Assembly: GCA_016874675.1 (NCBI GenBank)
Contig: VGTL01000002.1
Location: 9,021-73,020, forward strand
Direction of reading: 5' to 3'
Source: Methanobacteriota archaeon
GTDB taxonomy: Archaea > Thermoplasmatota > DTKX01 > VGTL01
Length of the DNA stretch: 64,000 bases
In this document: positions 11,915 through 20,754 of the stretch, in pieces
Layout of the letters: each line of letters begins with the position of its first letter
How positions within the stretch are numbered: position 1 is the first letter of the stretch
Made by a program: the position numbers and the translations under genes
The notes under the pieces: model-generated
Seen by the model: only the letters and a program-made list of their open reading frames with translations
Databases searched by the model: none
Told to the model about the DNA's origin: nothing

Positions 11915-12442
11915 CTATTCCTTGATGCCCCGCATTATCGTCTCGGCGACCTCTTGGGCGCTTATCGGGGCGCTGTCTATCACGGCGTTGTATATGGTGA
12001 GGTCGTTGAGGTCGAGGTTGTATATCTTGTAGTAGCGGTCCCACTCGCTCTTCTCCCTGACCTGGATCTCGGCCAGGGCCGTGTCGAACGACTTGGACTC
12101 GCGCTCGGCCACCCTCTGGGCCCGCACCTTCAGGGGCGCCTCCAGCCAGACCTTGACGGCCCGGATGCCGCCCCGCTCGCACATGCTGCCGGCGAGCCGG
12201 CCCTCGAGGATGACGTTGTCCTTCTTGGCGATCTCCACTATCTTCCTGTCGATGGTCTGGTCCACGCCCGGGTTCTTCTCGGCGAACAGCCCGAACTCCT
12301 CGAGCGTCAGGCCCTTCTTCGACGCGAGATTCCGGAATATGTCCCCGGCGTTCACGTACTCGAGCTTGAGCTTTTCGGCCAGTATCCTTGCCACCGTGGT
12401 CTTTCCGCTACCGGGCAATCCACCGATCGTGACCACCGTCAT
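11915..12442 (-). CDS. cmk: cytidylate kinase (archaeal type)
   Basis: MTVVTIGGLPGSGKTTVARILAEKLKLEYVNAGDIFR carries the P-loop. 175 aa. Start ATG overlaps the DUF106 stop (ATGA). Confidence 0.8.
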   Translation of the reverse strand: MTVVTIGGLPGSGKTTVARILAEKLKLEYVNAGDIFRNLASKKGLTLEEFGLFAEKNPGVDQTIDRKIVEIAKKDNVILEGRLAGSMCERGGIRAVKVWLEAPLKVRAQRVAERESKSFDTALAEIQVREKSEWDRYYKIYNLDLNDLTIYNAVIDSAPISAQEVAETIMRGIKE

Positions 12443-13188
12443 GAGGTCCCCTCCCCCAGCGCGTTCAGCGAAACCGTCGAAAGCGACCGAAGCTTCCTGC
12501 GGAAGCTCCATATCTTCAAAAGCGCCCCGAGGACCTGGCCCAGTGGTATCGACAGCACCGAGTAGAAGAGGATCCAGTTGGGTATTATGTGGAGGAACGG
12601 CCCGGGCTGGTTGTAGTCCACGGTCGTGTCCCAGGGGGTCGAGATGAAATGGGTGACTGTCCCCGTGTACATGAACACGCCAAGCCAAAGGAAGATGGCC
12701 ATGGCGATGACTATGGTGACGAGCGTGGTCTTCATCTGGGAGCCCATGGTGTCCGTGGACTTCTTCATCATCTCCGACTGGTACTGGTTGAGCCTCCTAA
12801 GCTTGGTCACGTTGCCCTTGAGCCGGACCTCCCGGGCCTGGGACTGGACCCAGGAGGAGAGGTGCTTCTGCCGGCCCTGGTCCACCCAGTTGGTGAAGAA
12901 GTGCCGAACGGTCGTGGTGAATACTATGAGCACGAGGGAGCAGGCGAAGAGCGTCCACACGGGGAACTCGCCCCCGAACCCGAAGAGCGGCGTGAAGAGG
13001 CCGCCCACGGCCCCGCCCAGGGCGGTCCGGGCGTTGGGGTCCATTATGACGATGAGCAGGATGGGCAGCATCATGAGTATCATCATGGACGAGGGGTTGC
13101 TCCTTGGCGGAGCGCCCGGTGCTGGGGCCTTGTCATCCGGCACTGTCGGACCCTGCCTGCCCTGCTTGGGATGCACGAACGAGTACAT
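12439..13188 (-). CDS. DUF106 / EMC3-TMCO1-Oxa1-like membrane protein
   Basis: 249-aa multi-TM protein in the conserved archaeal position downstream of secY. Signature hydrophilic loop with charged coiled segment (QAREVRLKGNVTKLRRLNQYQSEMMKK). Confidence 0.7.
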   Translation of the reverse strand: MYSFVHPKQGRQGPTVPDDKAPAPGAPPRSNPSSMMILMMLPILLIVIMDPNARTALGGAVGGLFTPLFGFGGEFPVWTLFACSLVLIVFTTTVRHFFTNWVDQGRQKHLSSWVQSQAREVRLKGNVTKLRRLNQYQSEMMKKSTDTMGSQMKTTLVTIVIAMAIFLWLGVFMYTGTVTHFISTPWDTTVDYNQPGPFLHIIPNWILFYSVLSIPLGQVLGALLKIWSFRRKLRSLSTVSLNALGEGTS

Positions 13189-13204
13189 AACGGTTGTTGA
13201 GGTT

Positions 13205-13328
13205 GGTCAAAGGCAGCAAGGCAGAAGGGCAGGAAGGGAGAAAGGCAGAAAGGGAGAACGGGGGGTCGACCGTCAGTCCCTTTCTGCCTTCCTGCCTTCC
13301 TGCCTTTGCCCGTTGCCCCTTGCCCCCC
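13205..13328 (+). repeat. heptad-array hairpin repeat between secY and DUF106 gene
   Basis: aaaggcagcaaggcagaagggcaggaagggagaaaggcagaaagggag, spacer, then complement ccctttctgccttcctgccttcctgcctttgccc. Contains the 21-mer ggcaggaagggagaaaggcag, also present at 29217 and (reverse complement) 28462. Confidence 0.85.
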
Positions 13329-13341
13329 GTGGGGCCGCTTA

Positions 13342-14937
13342 TTAGTCTTTGCCGAAGAACTGCCGGAGCATCGGGTGCATCTCCATGGCCTTCTCCTTGC
13401 CTATCTGCTCGTACATCCGGATGATGATGCCGGTCATGAGGAGCACGCCTGTCCCGGAAGCGTTGCCCACCGTCCCTATCATGTCGGCGAAGGCCGCGAG
13501 CGCCCCCACCATCGCGCCCGAGAGCACCGTGACCATCGGTATGTAGCGCTCCAGCACCCGCTTGAGCACCCGCGGGTCGCGTCGGAATCCCGGTATCTGC
13601 ATGCCCGACCGCTCTATCTGCTTGGCCACGGCCTCCGGGCCCATGTTGGTGGTGTCTATCCAGAACTTTGCAAACAGTATCGAGCCGCCGATCATCATCG
13701 CCAGGTAGACGATGAGGTGGATGAAGACCTGGAAGTGCGAGTGCCCGCGCATGTAGGCGCTGTACTGGACCGGGTTCATGAGCGGCAGCAGCCACTCGGA
13801 TAGACCGGCGATCTGGTAGGTGTAGTATGCGCCCCCCATGGTCGGCACGGTGGGATTCAACGGGTCGGTGTAGGCGCCGATGTACGGGTTGTGGCCCAGG
13901 ATGGGCGTCTGGCTGAGGGTCGGGTGCTGCCAGAAGAGCAGCGCGAACATGTTGATGTTGGCCAAAAGCGCCGCCATCAGGATGACCGGGATGTTGGAGG
14001 CGTATATGAGGCGTATGGGGTAGCGGCCCCGGGCGCCCCTCACCTTGCCGTGGGCCAAAGGCAGCTCGATGCTCGAGGATTCGGCATACGCGACTATGAG
14101 GAAGATGAATATCGTCCCGATGAAGGCGATCATCGGGTTGGGGTTCTGTATGAATATTATCTCGTAGCCGCCCCGGGTCAGGTCCGAGGAGCTCATGGTG
14201 GTGGCGAGGTAGATGGTCTTGGGGATGGTGCCCGAGGGCGGGTTGGTGAGGCTCATCGGCAGGCTGTCGGACACCGGGGCCCAGTTCACCGACCCGATGA
14301 ATATCGACTCTGCGACGCCGGCGGCGATGAAGAGCGAGACGCCGGACCCTATGCCCCACTTGGAGACCACCTCGTCCATCAGGAACACTAGGTAGGAGCC
14401 CACGAAAAGCTGCATGACGATGGCAAACCGCGCCAGGTTCTCGCCGTTGCCCGGCGAGAGGTTGTTGAGCTGGGCGTCGAACGAGACAGAGGGCACGAGC
14501 AGGCCGTAGGTCTGGGGCACCGACTCCACGAATATCATGATTATGACCAGGAGCTTCTGGGTGCCCTGGTAGATGGCCTTGTCCTCCTTCTTGGTGAGGT
14601 CCAGGCCTATTATCTTGGCGCCGGTGAAGAGCTGCATTATGATGGAGCCCGTGACTATGGGGCCGATGCCCAGGTGCATCAGCGAGCCGCTCGCGCCCGC
14701 CATGATCGCCCGGAACCCCGCGAAGACGTCCACCGCCTTCTGCTGGTCCAGCCCGTAGATCATGACGTTGGTCAGGATGAAATAGATGACAAGAAGGCCG
14801 AACGTCCACCACATCTTGGTGCCGAACCTGACGTGTATCTCGGGCTTCTTGACGGCGGGCAGCCTGTCCAGGATCGGCTTGAGCTTGTAGAGGCGGCTCT
14901 TCTTCTTCCCGCCCTCCTCCTCCTCGTCCTCAGGCAT
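13342..14937 (-). CDS. secY: preprotein translocase subunit SecY
   Basis: 531 aa, 10 TM segments. Conserved SecY regions (GLDQQKAVDVFAGFRAIMAGASGSLMHLGIGPIVTGSIIMQLF). Confidence 0.9.
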   Translation of the reverse strand: MPEDEEEEGGKKKSRLYKLKPILDRLPAVKKPEIHVRFGTKMWWTFGLLVIYFILTNVMIYGLDQQKAVDVFAGFRAIMAGASGSLMHLGIGPIVTGSIIMQLFTGAKIIGLDLTKKEDKAIYQGTQKLLVIIMIFVESVPQTYGLLVPSVSFDAQLNNLSPGNGENLARFAIVMQLFVGSYLVFLMDEVVSKWGIGSGVSLFIAAGVAESIFIGSVNWAPVSDSLPMSLTNPPSGTIPKTIYLATTMSSSDLTRGGYEIIFIQNPNPMIAFIGTIFIFLIVAYAESSSIELPLAHGKVRGARGRYPIRLIYASNIPVILMAALLANINMFALLFWQHPTLSQTPILGHNPYIGAYTDPLNPTVPTMGGAYYTYQIAGLSEWLLPLMNPVQYSAYMRGHSHFQVFIHLIVYLAMMIGGSILFAKFWIDTTNMGPEAVAKQIERSGMQIPGFRRDPRVLKRVLERYIPMVTVLSGAMVGALAAFADMIGTVGNASGTGVLLMTGIIIRMYEQIGKEKAMEMHPMLRQFFGKD

Positions 14938-14968
14938 CCTTCAGCCTCTCCGGTGGTGTGTCTCCACT

Positions 14969-15553
14969 CTACTGCTGCGTCTTCTGTCCCGCTCTAGGCC
15001 CCTGGGGCGCCTTGGCCTTCTCTTTCGCCGGTCCGGCCGGCGGCGCGCCCTTGCCCGCTATCGCCGCGGGCGAGGCGGGCGCCGCGCGGGCGGCCCGGGC
15101 CTTCCGCTTGCCCTCGTCGCTTGTGACCTCCTCTGCCACCACGACGCCGCCGGCGCCCTTCATCTTCTCCACGGCGCTGGCGGAGGCCTTGGGCACGGTT
15201 ATCGCAAGCGGGAGGGTCGCCCTTCCGGCCCCCAGGAGCTTGTCGAAGCCCAGCGCCCCCAGATCGACCTGTATCTTCCCCTCGACCTGCTTTGCCGCCC
15301 CCGAGAGCAGGTACCTGCCCAGGTTGGATTCGACCTCGCCGATGTTGATGGTCCTGTCCGACGCCACGAGCGGCCGGGGGCGCTTGAAGCCGTGCCGCCC
15401 GAAGTGGTCGGGGTCGTACTTCAGCATCCACTTGAACTTGTGCTTGTGCAGGCCGGCGTTGCCGAAGCCGCCCCTCTTGCCCTTCCCCCGGCCGGCCTTC
15501 ATGCCGCGGCCGTGGGTGCGGCTTCCCCGTAACTTCCTGGTGCGGCTAGGCAT
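14969..15553 (-). CDS. rpl15: 50S ribosomal protein L15 (uL15) with Ala/Pro/Lys-rich C-terminal extension
   Basis: MPSRTRKLRGSRTHGRGMKAGRGKGKRGG is the canonical L15 N-terminus. ~45 extra low-complexity residues at the C-terminus. Confidence 0.9.
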   Translation of the reverse strand: MPSRTRKLRGSRTHGRGMKAGRGKGKRGGFGNAGLHKHKFKWMLKYDPDHFGRHGFKRPRPLVASDRTINIGEVESNLGRYLLSGAAKQVEGKIQVDLGALGFDKLLGAGRATLPLAITVPKASASAVEKMKGAGGVVVAEEVTSDEGKRKARAARAAPASPAAIAGKGAPPAGPAKEKAKAPQGPRAGQKTQQ

Positions 15554-16091
15554 GCCCTGCGCCTCCCTTCGCGGCGAGCCCCCTGCGGCCGGGCGGCCTC
15601 CTGGCCGGCCAGTTGCCCGAGCCGGGGCCGAGCATCCGGGCGATAAGGGCGCTGATGTCGCCGCCGCGGTCGCCCAGCGAGCCCCCCGCCTTCCAGGACA
15701 TCTTCGTGCCCTCGTATCCGCCGCGGGGAGGGTGCAGCCGTATCACCGGTGTCACGTCCTTGAGGTCCGAGAACCGCGCCTTCTGCCGCACGATGGCGTC
15801 GGCGAACTCCCGGGCGGTGCCGTAACCGCTGTTTTCCTTGATATAATCATCTGTGATGGGCCTTCCCCCTGATAGCCGGCCGCGCAGGCGTATGACCAGC
15901 GCCACGGTCTCGGCGTCGGGCCGGCCCCAGGTCACGTAGTCCTTCACCTTCTGGAGCATTCCCCTCATGCCCGGGTCCTCGGGAATGAGCACCAGGTGGT
16001 TCTGCCGCGTCAGCCGGAGCATGTCAAGGGTGTCGCGTATGTCCTGGTTGGTCCGGCAGCCCCCCCGTATCCTCACGACGGCCACGGTCAT
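15546..16091 (-). CDS. rpl30: 50S ribosomal protein L30 (uL30)
   Basis: MTVAVVRIRGGCRTNQDIRDTLDMLRLTRQNHLVLI is the canonical L30. ORF track start at 16610 is an upstream artefact; ATG 16091 is chosen. Confidence 0.85.
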   Translation of the reverse strand: MTVAVVRIRGGCRTNQDIRDTLDMLRLTRQNHLVLIPEDPGMRGMLQKVKDYVTWGRPDAETVALVIRLRGRLSGGRPITDDYIKENSGYGTAREFADAIVRQKARFSDLKDVTPVIRLHPPRGGYEGTKMSWKAGGSLGDRGGDISALIARMLGPGSGNWPARRPPGRRGLAAKGGAGHA

Positions 16092-16993
16092 TTGCCGCCA
16101 CCCCCTGCGGCCGGCTTGGATTCGGGCTTCCTGGGCTCGGCCTTCGCGGGGGCCTTCGCCTCGGGGGCCCCGGCCGGGCCGCCCTTCTGGTCGGGGGCCT
16201 TGGGCGGCGGGACCGAGGAGGCGTCCTCGGGCGTGGGCACGTTCGACTCCTTCTCGATGGCCACCGACTGGTCCGCCTTGGTAGGGTCGGTCACCAGCGC
16301 GCCCTCGGCCACGCCGGAGGCGCCGCTGAGGATCCGCAGCCTGGCGACCTGCTCTTCGCGGACCTTCTGGCGGGCCGTGCCCCGAAGCGACTCGAACGCG
16401 GCCCGGGCCATGTTCACCGTGGTGCGGGTCTTGCCGTCCGTTATCGACCAGGCATCCTTGACGCCGGCGAGGCGCAGCACGTGCTTGGCGACGTTGCCCA
16501 CGGCCAGCCCCACGCCCCGGGGGGCTGGGATGAACGTTATCTCCACCGAGCCGCTCTTGCCGAAGACCCTGTACGGTAGCGTGTGGGGCTTCATGCAGCC
16601 GCACTGCCACGAGCCGCAGCCGCGCTTTATCTCGATGAGGTTGAGCTTGGCGTCGTCGATGGACCGGCGGATCGCCTGCCCGACCTCCTTGCCCTTGACG
16701 TGGCCCAGCCCGACGAAGCCGTCGCCGTTGCCCACGACGGTGGTGATGGCGAACTTGATGCGCCGCCCTGAGTCGGTCATGCGCTGGACCATGTTGACGC
16801 TGAGGACCTCGTCCTCGATGTTGGGCAAGAGGATGTCCACTATCTCCGCCTCGCGGAGCGGGAGCCCGCTCGACAGGGCCTCCGACATGGACGTTATCTT
16901 GCCCTCGCGCACCATCCGGCCCAGCTTCGTGCGGGGCTTCCAGTCGGTGACGGGTTCCTTCCTCCTCTCCATCCTCCTCTGCTCCATCTTCAA
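16088..16993 (-). CDS. rps5: 30S ribosomal protein S5 (uS5) with Pro/Ala/Lys-rich C-terminal extension
   Basis: S5 dsRBD and C-terminal domain (VGNGDGFVGLGHVKGKEVGQAIRRS...GSVEITFIPAPRGVGLAVGNVAKHVLRLAGVKDAWS). ~70-aa low-complexity tail. Confidence 0.9.
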   Translation of the reverse strand: MKMEQRRMERRKEPVTDWKPRTKLGRMVREGKITSMSEALSSGLPLREAEIVDILLPNIEDEVLSVNMVQRMTDSGRRIKFAITTVVGNGDGFVGLGHVKGKEVGQAIRRSIDDAKLNLIEIKRGCGSWQCGCMKPHTLPYRVFGKSGSVEITFIPAPRGVGLAVGNVAKHVLRLAGVKDAWSITDGKTRTTVNMARAAFESLRGTARQKVREEQVARLRILSGASGVAEGALVTDPTKADQSVAIEKESNVPTPEDASSVPPPKAPDQKGGPAGAPEAKAPAKAEPRKPESKPAAGGGGK

Positions 16994-17006
16994 TCCCCCT
17001 TGAACC

Positions 17007-17510
17007 TCAGCCGCTGAGAATCCTCCGCCTGACCTCCTCGAACTGCCTGGCCACCTCCGGTTTGTTGAGGTGGCCCCCCCTTACCCGCTCCTCCGAGGGA
17101 AGCACCCCGTCGGAGTGGGGGACCTGGACCCCGGCGTCGATGACGCCCTTGAGGGCCGCGAAGACCTTCGAGCCCCTCGACGGGCGGATGAGGCCGATGT
17201 CCAGGACCGCCTCCGTGATGTTGGCGCGCGAGGCGTTGCGCCCGGCCAGCAGGCCGGCGAGGTAGGCCGCCGGCGTGTTGCCTGTGGGCGCCTTCCACCC
17301 GAGCCCGCCGAGCTGCGCGGTGGTCGACGAGGCGAGCACGCGGTCCCCGGCCTCCTCGTAGCCGACGAGCTGGACGACGGTGTGCCTGAGGCTGCGGCGG
17401 ACGACGAGCCGCGGCTTGCCCGAGCGGACGAGCCTAAGCCGCGCCCGGTAGTCCGTCTTGCCCTCCCTTCTCCTCCTGAAGGGCACCCTGTGCCTGGGGT
17501 CGGTCGCCAT
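17007..17510 (-). CDS. rpl18: 50S ribosomal protein L18 (uL18)
   Basis: MATDPRHRVPFRRRREGKTDYRARLRLV is typical archaeal L18. Confidence 0.9.
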   Translation of the reverse strand: MATDPRHRVPFRRRREGKTDYRARLRLVRSGKPRLVVRRSLRHTVVQLVGYEEAGDRVLASSTTAQLGGLGWKAPTGNTPAAYLAGLLAGRNASRANITEAVLDIGLIRPSRGSKVFAALKGVIDAGVQVPHSDGVLPSEERVRGGHLNKPEVARQFEEVRRRILSG

Positions 17511-17512
17511 GC

Positions 17513-18196
17513 TCAGCCCTCCTTACGGCCGGCTTCGCCGGCCACTTCCGCCGCCCTCTCCGGAGGGGCCGGGGCTGCCGGCGCGGGCTTCTCCCCCGGC
17601 CGGGCCTTCTTGGCCTTCTTGCCCTTCTTCCCCCGGTGGCGCAGCTTGCGGTCGGCCTTCTTGAGCCTCCCGGGCATGATGATGCTGCGGGCCGCCTCGC
17701 GGCGGCGACGGCGCCTCTCCTCGGCGCGCTTGGCGGAGGGGCGGGCCTCGGTCCTGATTAGCCCGCGGAGCCGAAGCTGGGTGTCCAGGTGGTGGCGGTT
17801 GTGGAACATCCCGCCCTTGGCCTGCCGGTAGAGCGTCCGGTACACCGTGCGGTCGATGGTGCCCTCGTCGCGCAGCTCCCGGAGGCGCTTCCTTATGGGC
17901 CTGATGCGCGTCATCCACCGGCGCTTCGTGTCGAGGCGGGCGTTGGTGCCGCCGCGCCGGTGGGCCGGGCCCCGCCGGCGGCCCTTCTTCTTCTGGGCCC
18001 TCCTGAGGAGGCCCCGGAACCGGCCCTGGCCGGCGATCTGCCGGGCGGAGATGGCGCCCGACACGATGAGCTTGCGTACGTCCTTGCGCGTCACCGCCTC
18101 GGAGATGTCCTCGAGGCGGTTGGGGTCCATGTGGACCCGGTGCTTTCCGCAGCCGAGCATCATGGCCGCCATCCTCTTCTGGTTCGATATGTCCAT
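17513..18196 (-). CDS. rpl19e: 50S ribosomal protein L19e (eL19) with basic C-terminal extension
   Basis: MDISNQKRMAAMMLGCGKHRVHMDPNRLEDISEAVTRKDVRKLI is the canonical L19e. Confidence 0.9.
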   Translation of the reverse strand: MDISNQKRMAAMMLGCGKHRVHMDPNRLEDISEAVTRKDVRKLIVSGAISARQIAGQGRFRGLLRRAQKKKGRRRGPAHRRGGTNARLDTKRRWMTRIRPIRKRLRELRDEGTIDRTVYRTLYRQAKGGMFHNRHHLDTQLRLRGLIRTEARPSAKRAEERRRRRREAARSIIMPGRLKKADRKLRHRGKKGKKAKKARPGEKPAPAAPAPPERAAEVAGEAGRKEG

Positions 18197-18209
18197 GCCG
18201 GGTCCCTCC

Positions 18210-19058
18210 TCACTCCTGAAGCCGGTTCAGTATCCTGATGCCCTTCCTCTCGGCCCGCTGCTCGATCATGCGCCGCTTGCGGGTGCCGACGCCGCGGGCT
18301 ATCCGCGCCGCCATCGTCTTGGGGTCGACGCGATCGAGGTCCAGCGGGTGGTGCACGAGCACCTCGGCGAAGCCCGACGGGTGCAGCCCCCTCGCCGCGG
18401 CAGGCCCGCCGTAGCCGATCGAGACCACGTTGATGCGGTATCTTATGTGGTGCCTGAGCTTCGAGTGCGTGCCCTTGGGCCGCCTCCAGGACGGCGCCAG
18501 CCGCTTGTAGTTGTAGGCCTCCTGGCGGATGAAGCGGGGGGTCTTGCCCTTGAGCACCTTCCGCAGGGCCATCGCCCTGACCACGTCGGCACCGAGCGTG
18601 GGCTTGATAGTCGGGGCGGCCTTCTTCCTGCCCTTCCCCTTCTTGGCCTTTCCCGCCCCCTTCTCCCCCTTCTCGGCCTTCTCGTCCTTCTCCTCCGCCC
18701 CCGCCCCGTCCTCCTCCTCCATTATCTCGGCCTCGACCTCGCCCTCCTCGGGCGGGGACCCGGCCTCCTCGGTCTTTCCGGCGGCGGGCCTCTCGGCCGG
18801 TCCCTTGGGCCTCTCCGGGGCCTTCCGCGGGGCCTCTTCGGGGCCCTCCTTCACCGTCGGGGGCGCGGGGGCGGCCTTCGCGGCGGCGGCGCGCTGGCTC
18901 GCCTCAGGCGCGGCCGTTTCCTTCCCGGCCACGGGGGCCGGCCCGGGGGAGACCTTCTTCACCGGGGCGGGAACCTCCGCGGGCCTTTGCTTGACCACCT
19001 TCTTCTCCAGCTTCCTCTCCACCTTCTCCTCCGCCTTCTTCCCGTGCCGTTCGGCCAA
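18210..19058 (-). CDS. rpl32e: 50S ribosomal protein L32e (eL32) with ~140-aa low-complexity N-terminal extension
   Basis: C-terminal half (RFIRQEAYNYKRLAPSWRRPKGTHSKLRHHIRYR...) is L32e. N-terminal half is Ala/Pro/Glu/Lys-rich low complexity. Confidence 0.85.
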   Translation of the reverse strand: MAERHGKKAEEKVERKLEKKVVKQRPAEVPAPVKKVSPGPAPVAGKETAAPEASQRAAAAKAAPAPPTVKEGPEEAPRKAPERPKGPAERPAAGKTEEAGSPPEEGEVEAEIMEEEDGAGAEEKDEKAEKGEKGAGKAKKGKGRKKAAPTIKPTLGADVVRAMALRKVLKGKTPRFIRQEAYNYKRLAPSWRRPKGTHSKLRHHIRYRINVVSIGYGGPAAARGLHPSGFAEVLVHHPLDLDRVDPKTMAARIARGVGTRKRRMIEQRAERKGIRILNRLQE

Positions 19059-19061
19059 ATC

Positions 19062-19604
19062 TCACACCCCCTTGCCCTTGTGCGTGATGAATATCCCGTC
19101 CTGGAACACGCGGGGGTCCCGGTCCTTCACCCGGGTGGCGTTCTCGATGTTGGCGGCGGTCTGGCCGACCATCTCGAGGACCGGGCCGGAGAGCTCCAGC
19201 TCCTGGCCCTTGACGGTCACCTTCGTGTCGCCCAGTATCTTGGCGCGTCGCGGGTGGTGCTCGCCGAGGAAGTTCTCGATGACGAGCTCCTGGCCCTTGA
19301 CCGCCATCTTGATGGGGAAGTGGGCGTACACCGCCTTCATCCTGTACTCGAACGGCTCGAGCTGGCCCCTCATCATGTTCCGGGCGTGGGCCGCCCAGGT
19401 CCCGACCAGGGCCTTTTCCCGGCGGGAGACGTATCGGGCCTCGACGACGATTCTTTCGCCCGACACCGCCATCCGGAGCGACGGGTGGAAGAACCTGCGG
19501 GAGACGCTTCCCCGGGGGCCCCTCACCGAGAGCACGTTGTCCTTCAAGGTCACGGTGGTCCCCTTCATCACCGGTACCTCCTCCTTCACCATGGCTATCC
19601 TCAT
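19062..19604 (-). CDS. rpl6: 50S ribosomal protein L6 (uL6)
   Basis: Two L6 repeats (VTLKDNVLSVRGPRGSVSRRF ... KVTVKGQELELSGPV). Confidence 0.9.
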   Translation of the reverse strand: MRIAMVKEEVPVMKGTTVTLKDNVLSVRGPRGSVSRRFFHPSLRMAVSGERIVVEARYVSRREKALVGTWAAHARNMMRGQLEPFEYRMKAVYAHFPIKMAVKGQELVIENFLGEHHPRRAKILGDTKVTVKGQELELSGPVLEMVGQTAANIENATRVKDRDPRVFQDGIFITHKGKGV

Positions 19605-19616
19605 ATCCGGTCCCCC

Positions 19617-20006
19617 TCAGTAGACGTAGGCCAGGAGCTTGCCGCCCGTCCCTATCTCCTTGGCCTTGAAGTGCGAGATTACCCCCTTGGTCGTGGTCAG
19701 GATGAGAACCCCGAAGTCCTGCGCCGGCAGGAAGCGGCTCTCCCATTTCTCGAACTCCTGCGAGCGGACCGAGTAGCGCGGCTTGACCACGCCGCAGTCG
19801 TTTATCTGGCCGGTGAGCTGCACGCGGAACTTGCCGCCCCTCCCGTCCTCGATTGGCTGGAAGCCGCGTATGTAGCCCATCTCGTGCATGACCTTGAGCA
19901 CCCGCCCGATGAGCTTCGAGGACGGCCGGACCATGCAGTCGTTCTTGCCGGCCCGCTCGGCGTTCCTTATCACGGACATGGCGTCCGACAGCGGATCGTG
20001 GAGCAT
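19617..20006 (-). CDS. rps8: 30S ribosomal protein S8 (uS8)
   Basis: MLHDPLSDAMSVIRNAERAGKNDCMVRPSSKLIGRVLKVMHEMGYIRGF is the canonical S8. Confidence 0.9.
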   Translation of the reverse strand: MLHDPLSDAMSVIRNAERAGKNDCMVRPSSKLIGRVLKVMHEMGYIRGFQPIEDGRGGKFRVQLTGQINDCGVVKPRYSVRSQEFEKWESRFLPAQDFGVLILTTTKGVISHFKAKEIGTGGKLLAYVY

Positions 20007-20016
20007 TGCATCACCC

Positions 20017-20163
20017 TCACTTGTACTTCTTGAAACCGATCTCGGGAGCGATCTCGCGGAAGCACTGGCGGCAAAGGTGCATCCCGTAGCGGCGCACGAT
20101 GCCGCGCTTGCGGCCGCACCTGTGGCAGCCGACCCTGCGCCCGTAGAGTTTCTTGCGCTCCAT
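20017..20163 (-). CDS. rps14: 30S ribosomal protein S14 type Z (uS14, zinc-binding)
   Basis: Not in the ORF track (48 aa). Manual translation of the minus strand gives [48 protein letters not shown], with the CxxC...CxxC zinc motif. Sits in the expected slot between S8 and L5. Confidence 0.8.
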   Translation of the reverse strand: MERKKLYGRRVGCHRCGRKRGIVRRYGMHLCRQCFREIAPEIGFKKYK

Positions 20164-20754
20164 CTAGTCCACCACCTCTATGCCGTACTTCTTCCTCATG
20201 TGCTCGATGACCTCGGCCCGGGAGAGCCTCTGGTGACTGGGCATCCTCCTGGGGGCCCGGGCCCTTCGGGCGACCCGGTGCCCGGCGCGCCTCATCACGA
20301 CCGAGACGTCCATGCCGAATATCCCTATCTCGGGGTTGTACTTCTGGCCGGGGAAGTCGGTGTAGTCGGATATCCCAAACGAGAAGTTCCCCTCGGGGTC
20401 GAAGGAGTAGGAGGGCATCCGGTTCTCCTTCACCCAGAGCGCGGTCTTGAGGAACTCCTCGGCCGCCTTCTTGCGCATCGTGACCTTGACGCCCAGGGGC
20501 ATGCCCCAGCGGATGCCCAGGTCCTTGTTCGTGGTCCGAGAGATCGTCCGCAGGGGCTTCTGGCCGGTGACCATCTTGAGCACGCGCTCGGCCTTGGCCA
20601 GCTTGTCGCCGGCCTCGCCGACGCCGATGTTCACGACGATCTTCTCTATGCGGGGCTCCCTCATGCGGTTGGCGCCCGATGCCGCTGGCGTAGCTTTTGC
20701 CCCCTCCTGCCCGCCGGCCGGCGCCGGGGCGGGCGCGTCGCCGTCGTCGCTCAC
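20164..20754 (-). CDS. rpl5: 50S ribosomal protein L5 (uL5)
   Basis: REPRIEKIVVNIGVGEAGDKLAKAERVLKMVTGQKPL is the L5 signature. Short acidic N-terminal extension. Confidence 0.9.
   Translation of the reverse strand: MSDDGDAPAPAPAGGQEGAKATPAASGANRMREPRIEKIVVNIGVGEAGDKLAKAERVLKMVTGQKPLRTISRTTNKDLGIRWGMPLGVKVTMRKKAAEEFLKTALWVKENRMPSYSFDPEGNFSFGISDYTDFPGQKYNPEIGIFGMDVSVVMRRAGHRVARRARAPRRMPSHQRLSRAEVIEHMRKKYGIEVVD

Noticed and set aside
10899-12182. ORF-track 427-aa version of Cbf5 starting at 12182
   Set aside because: The first ~90 codons overlap the cmk gene on the same strand in another frame and are low-complexity. The conserved TruB N-terminus begins at ATG 11909.
13189-13341. Adenylate kinase gene between secY and DUF106 gene
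   Set aside because: The 153-bp interval is fully occupied by the hairpin repeat and contains no ORF. adk must be elsewhere or absent.
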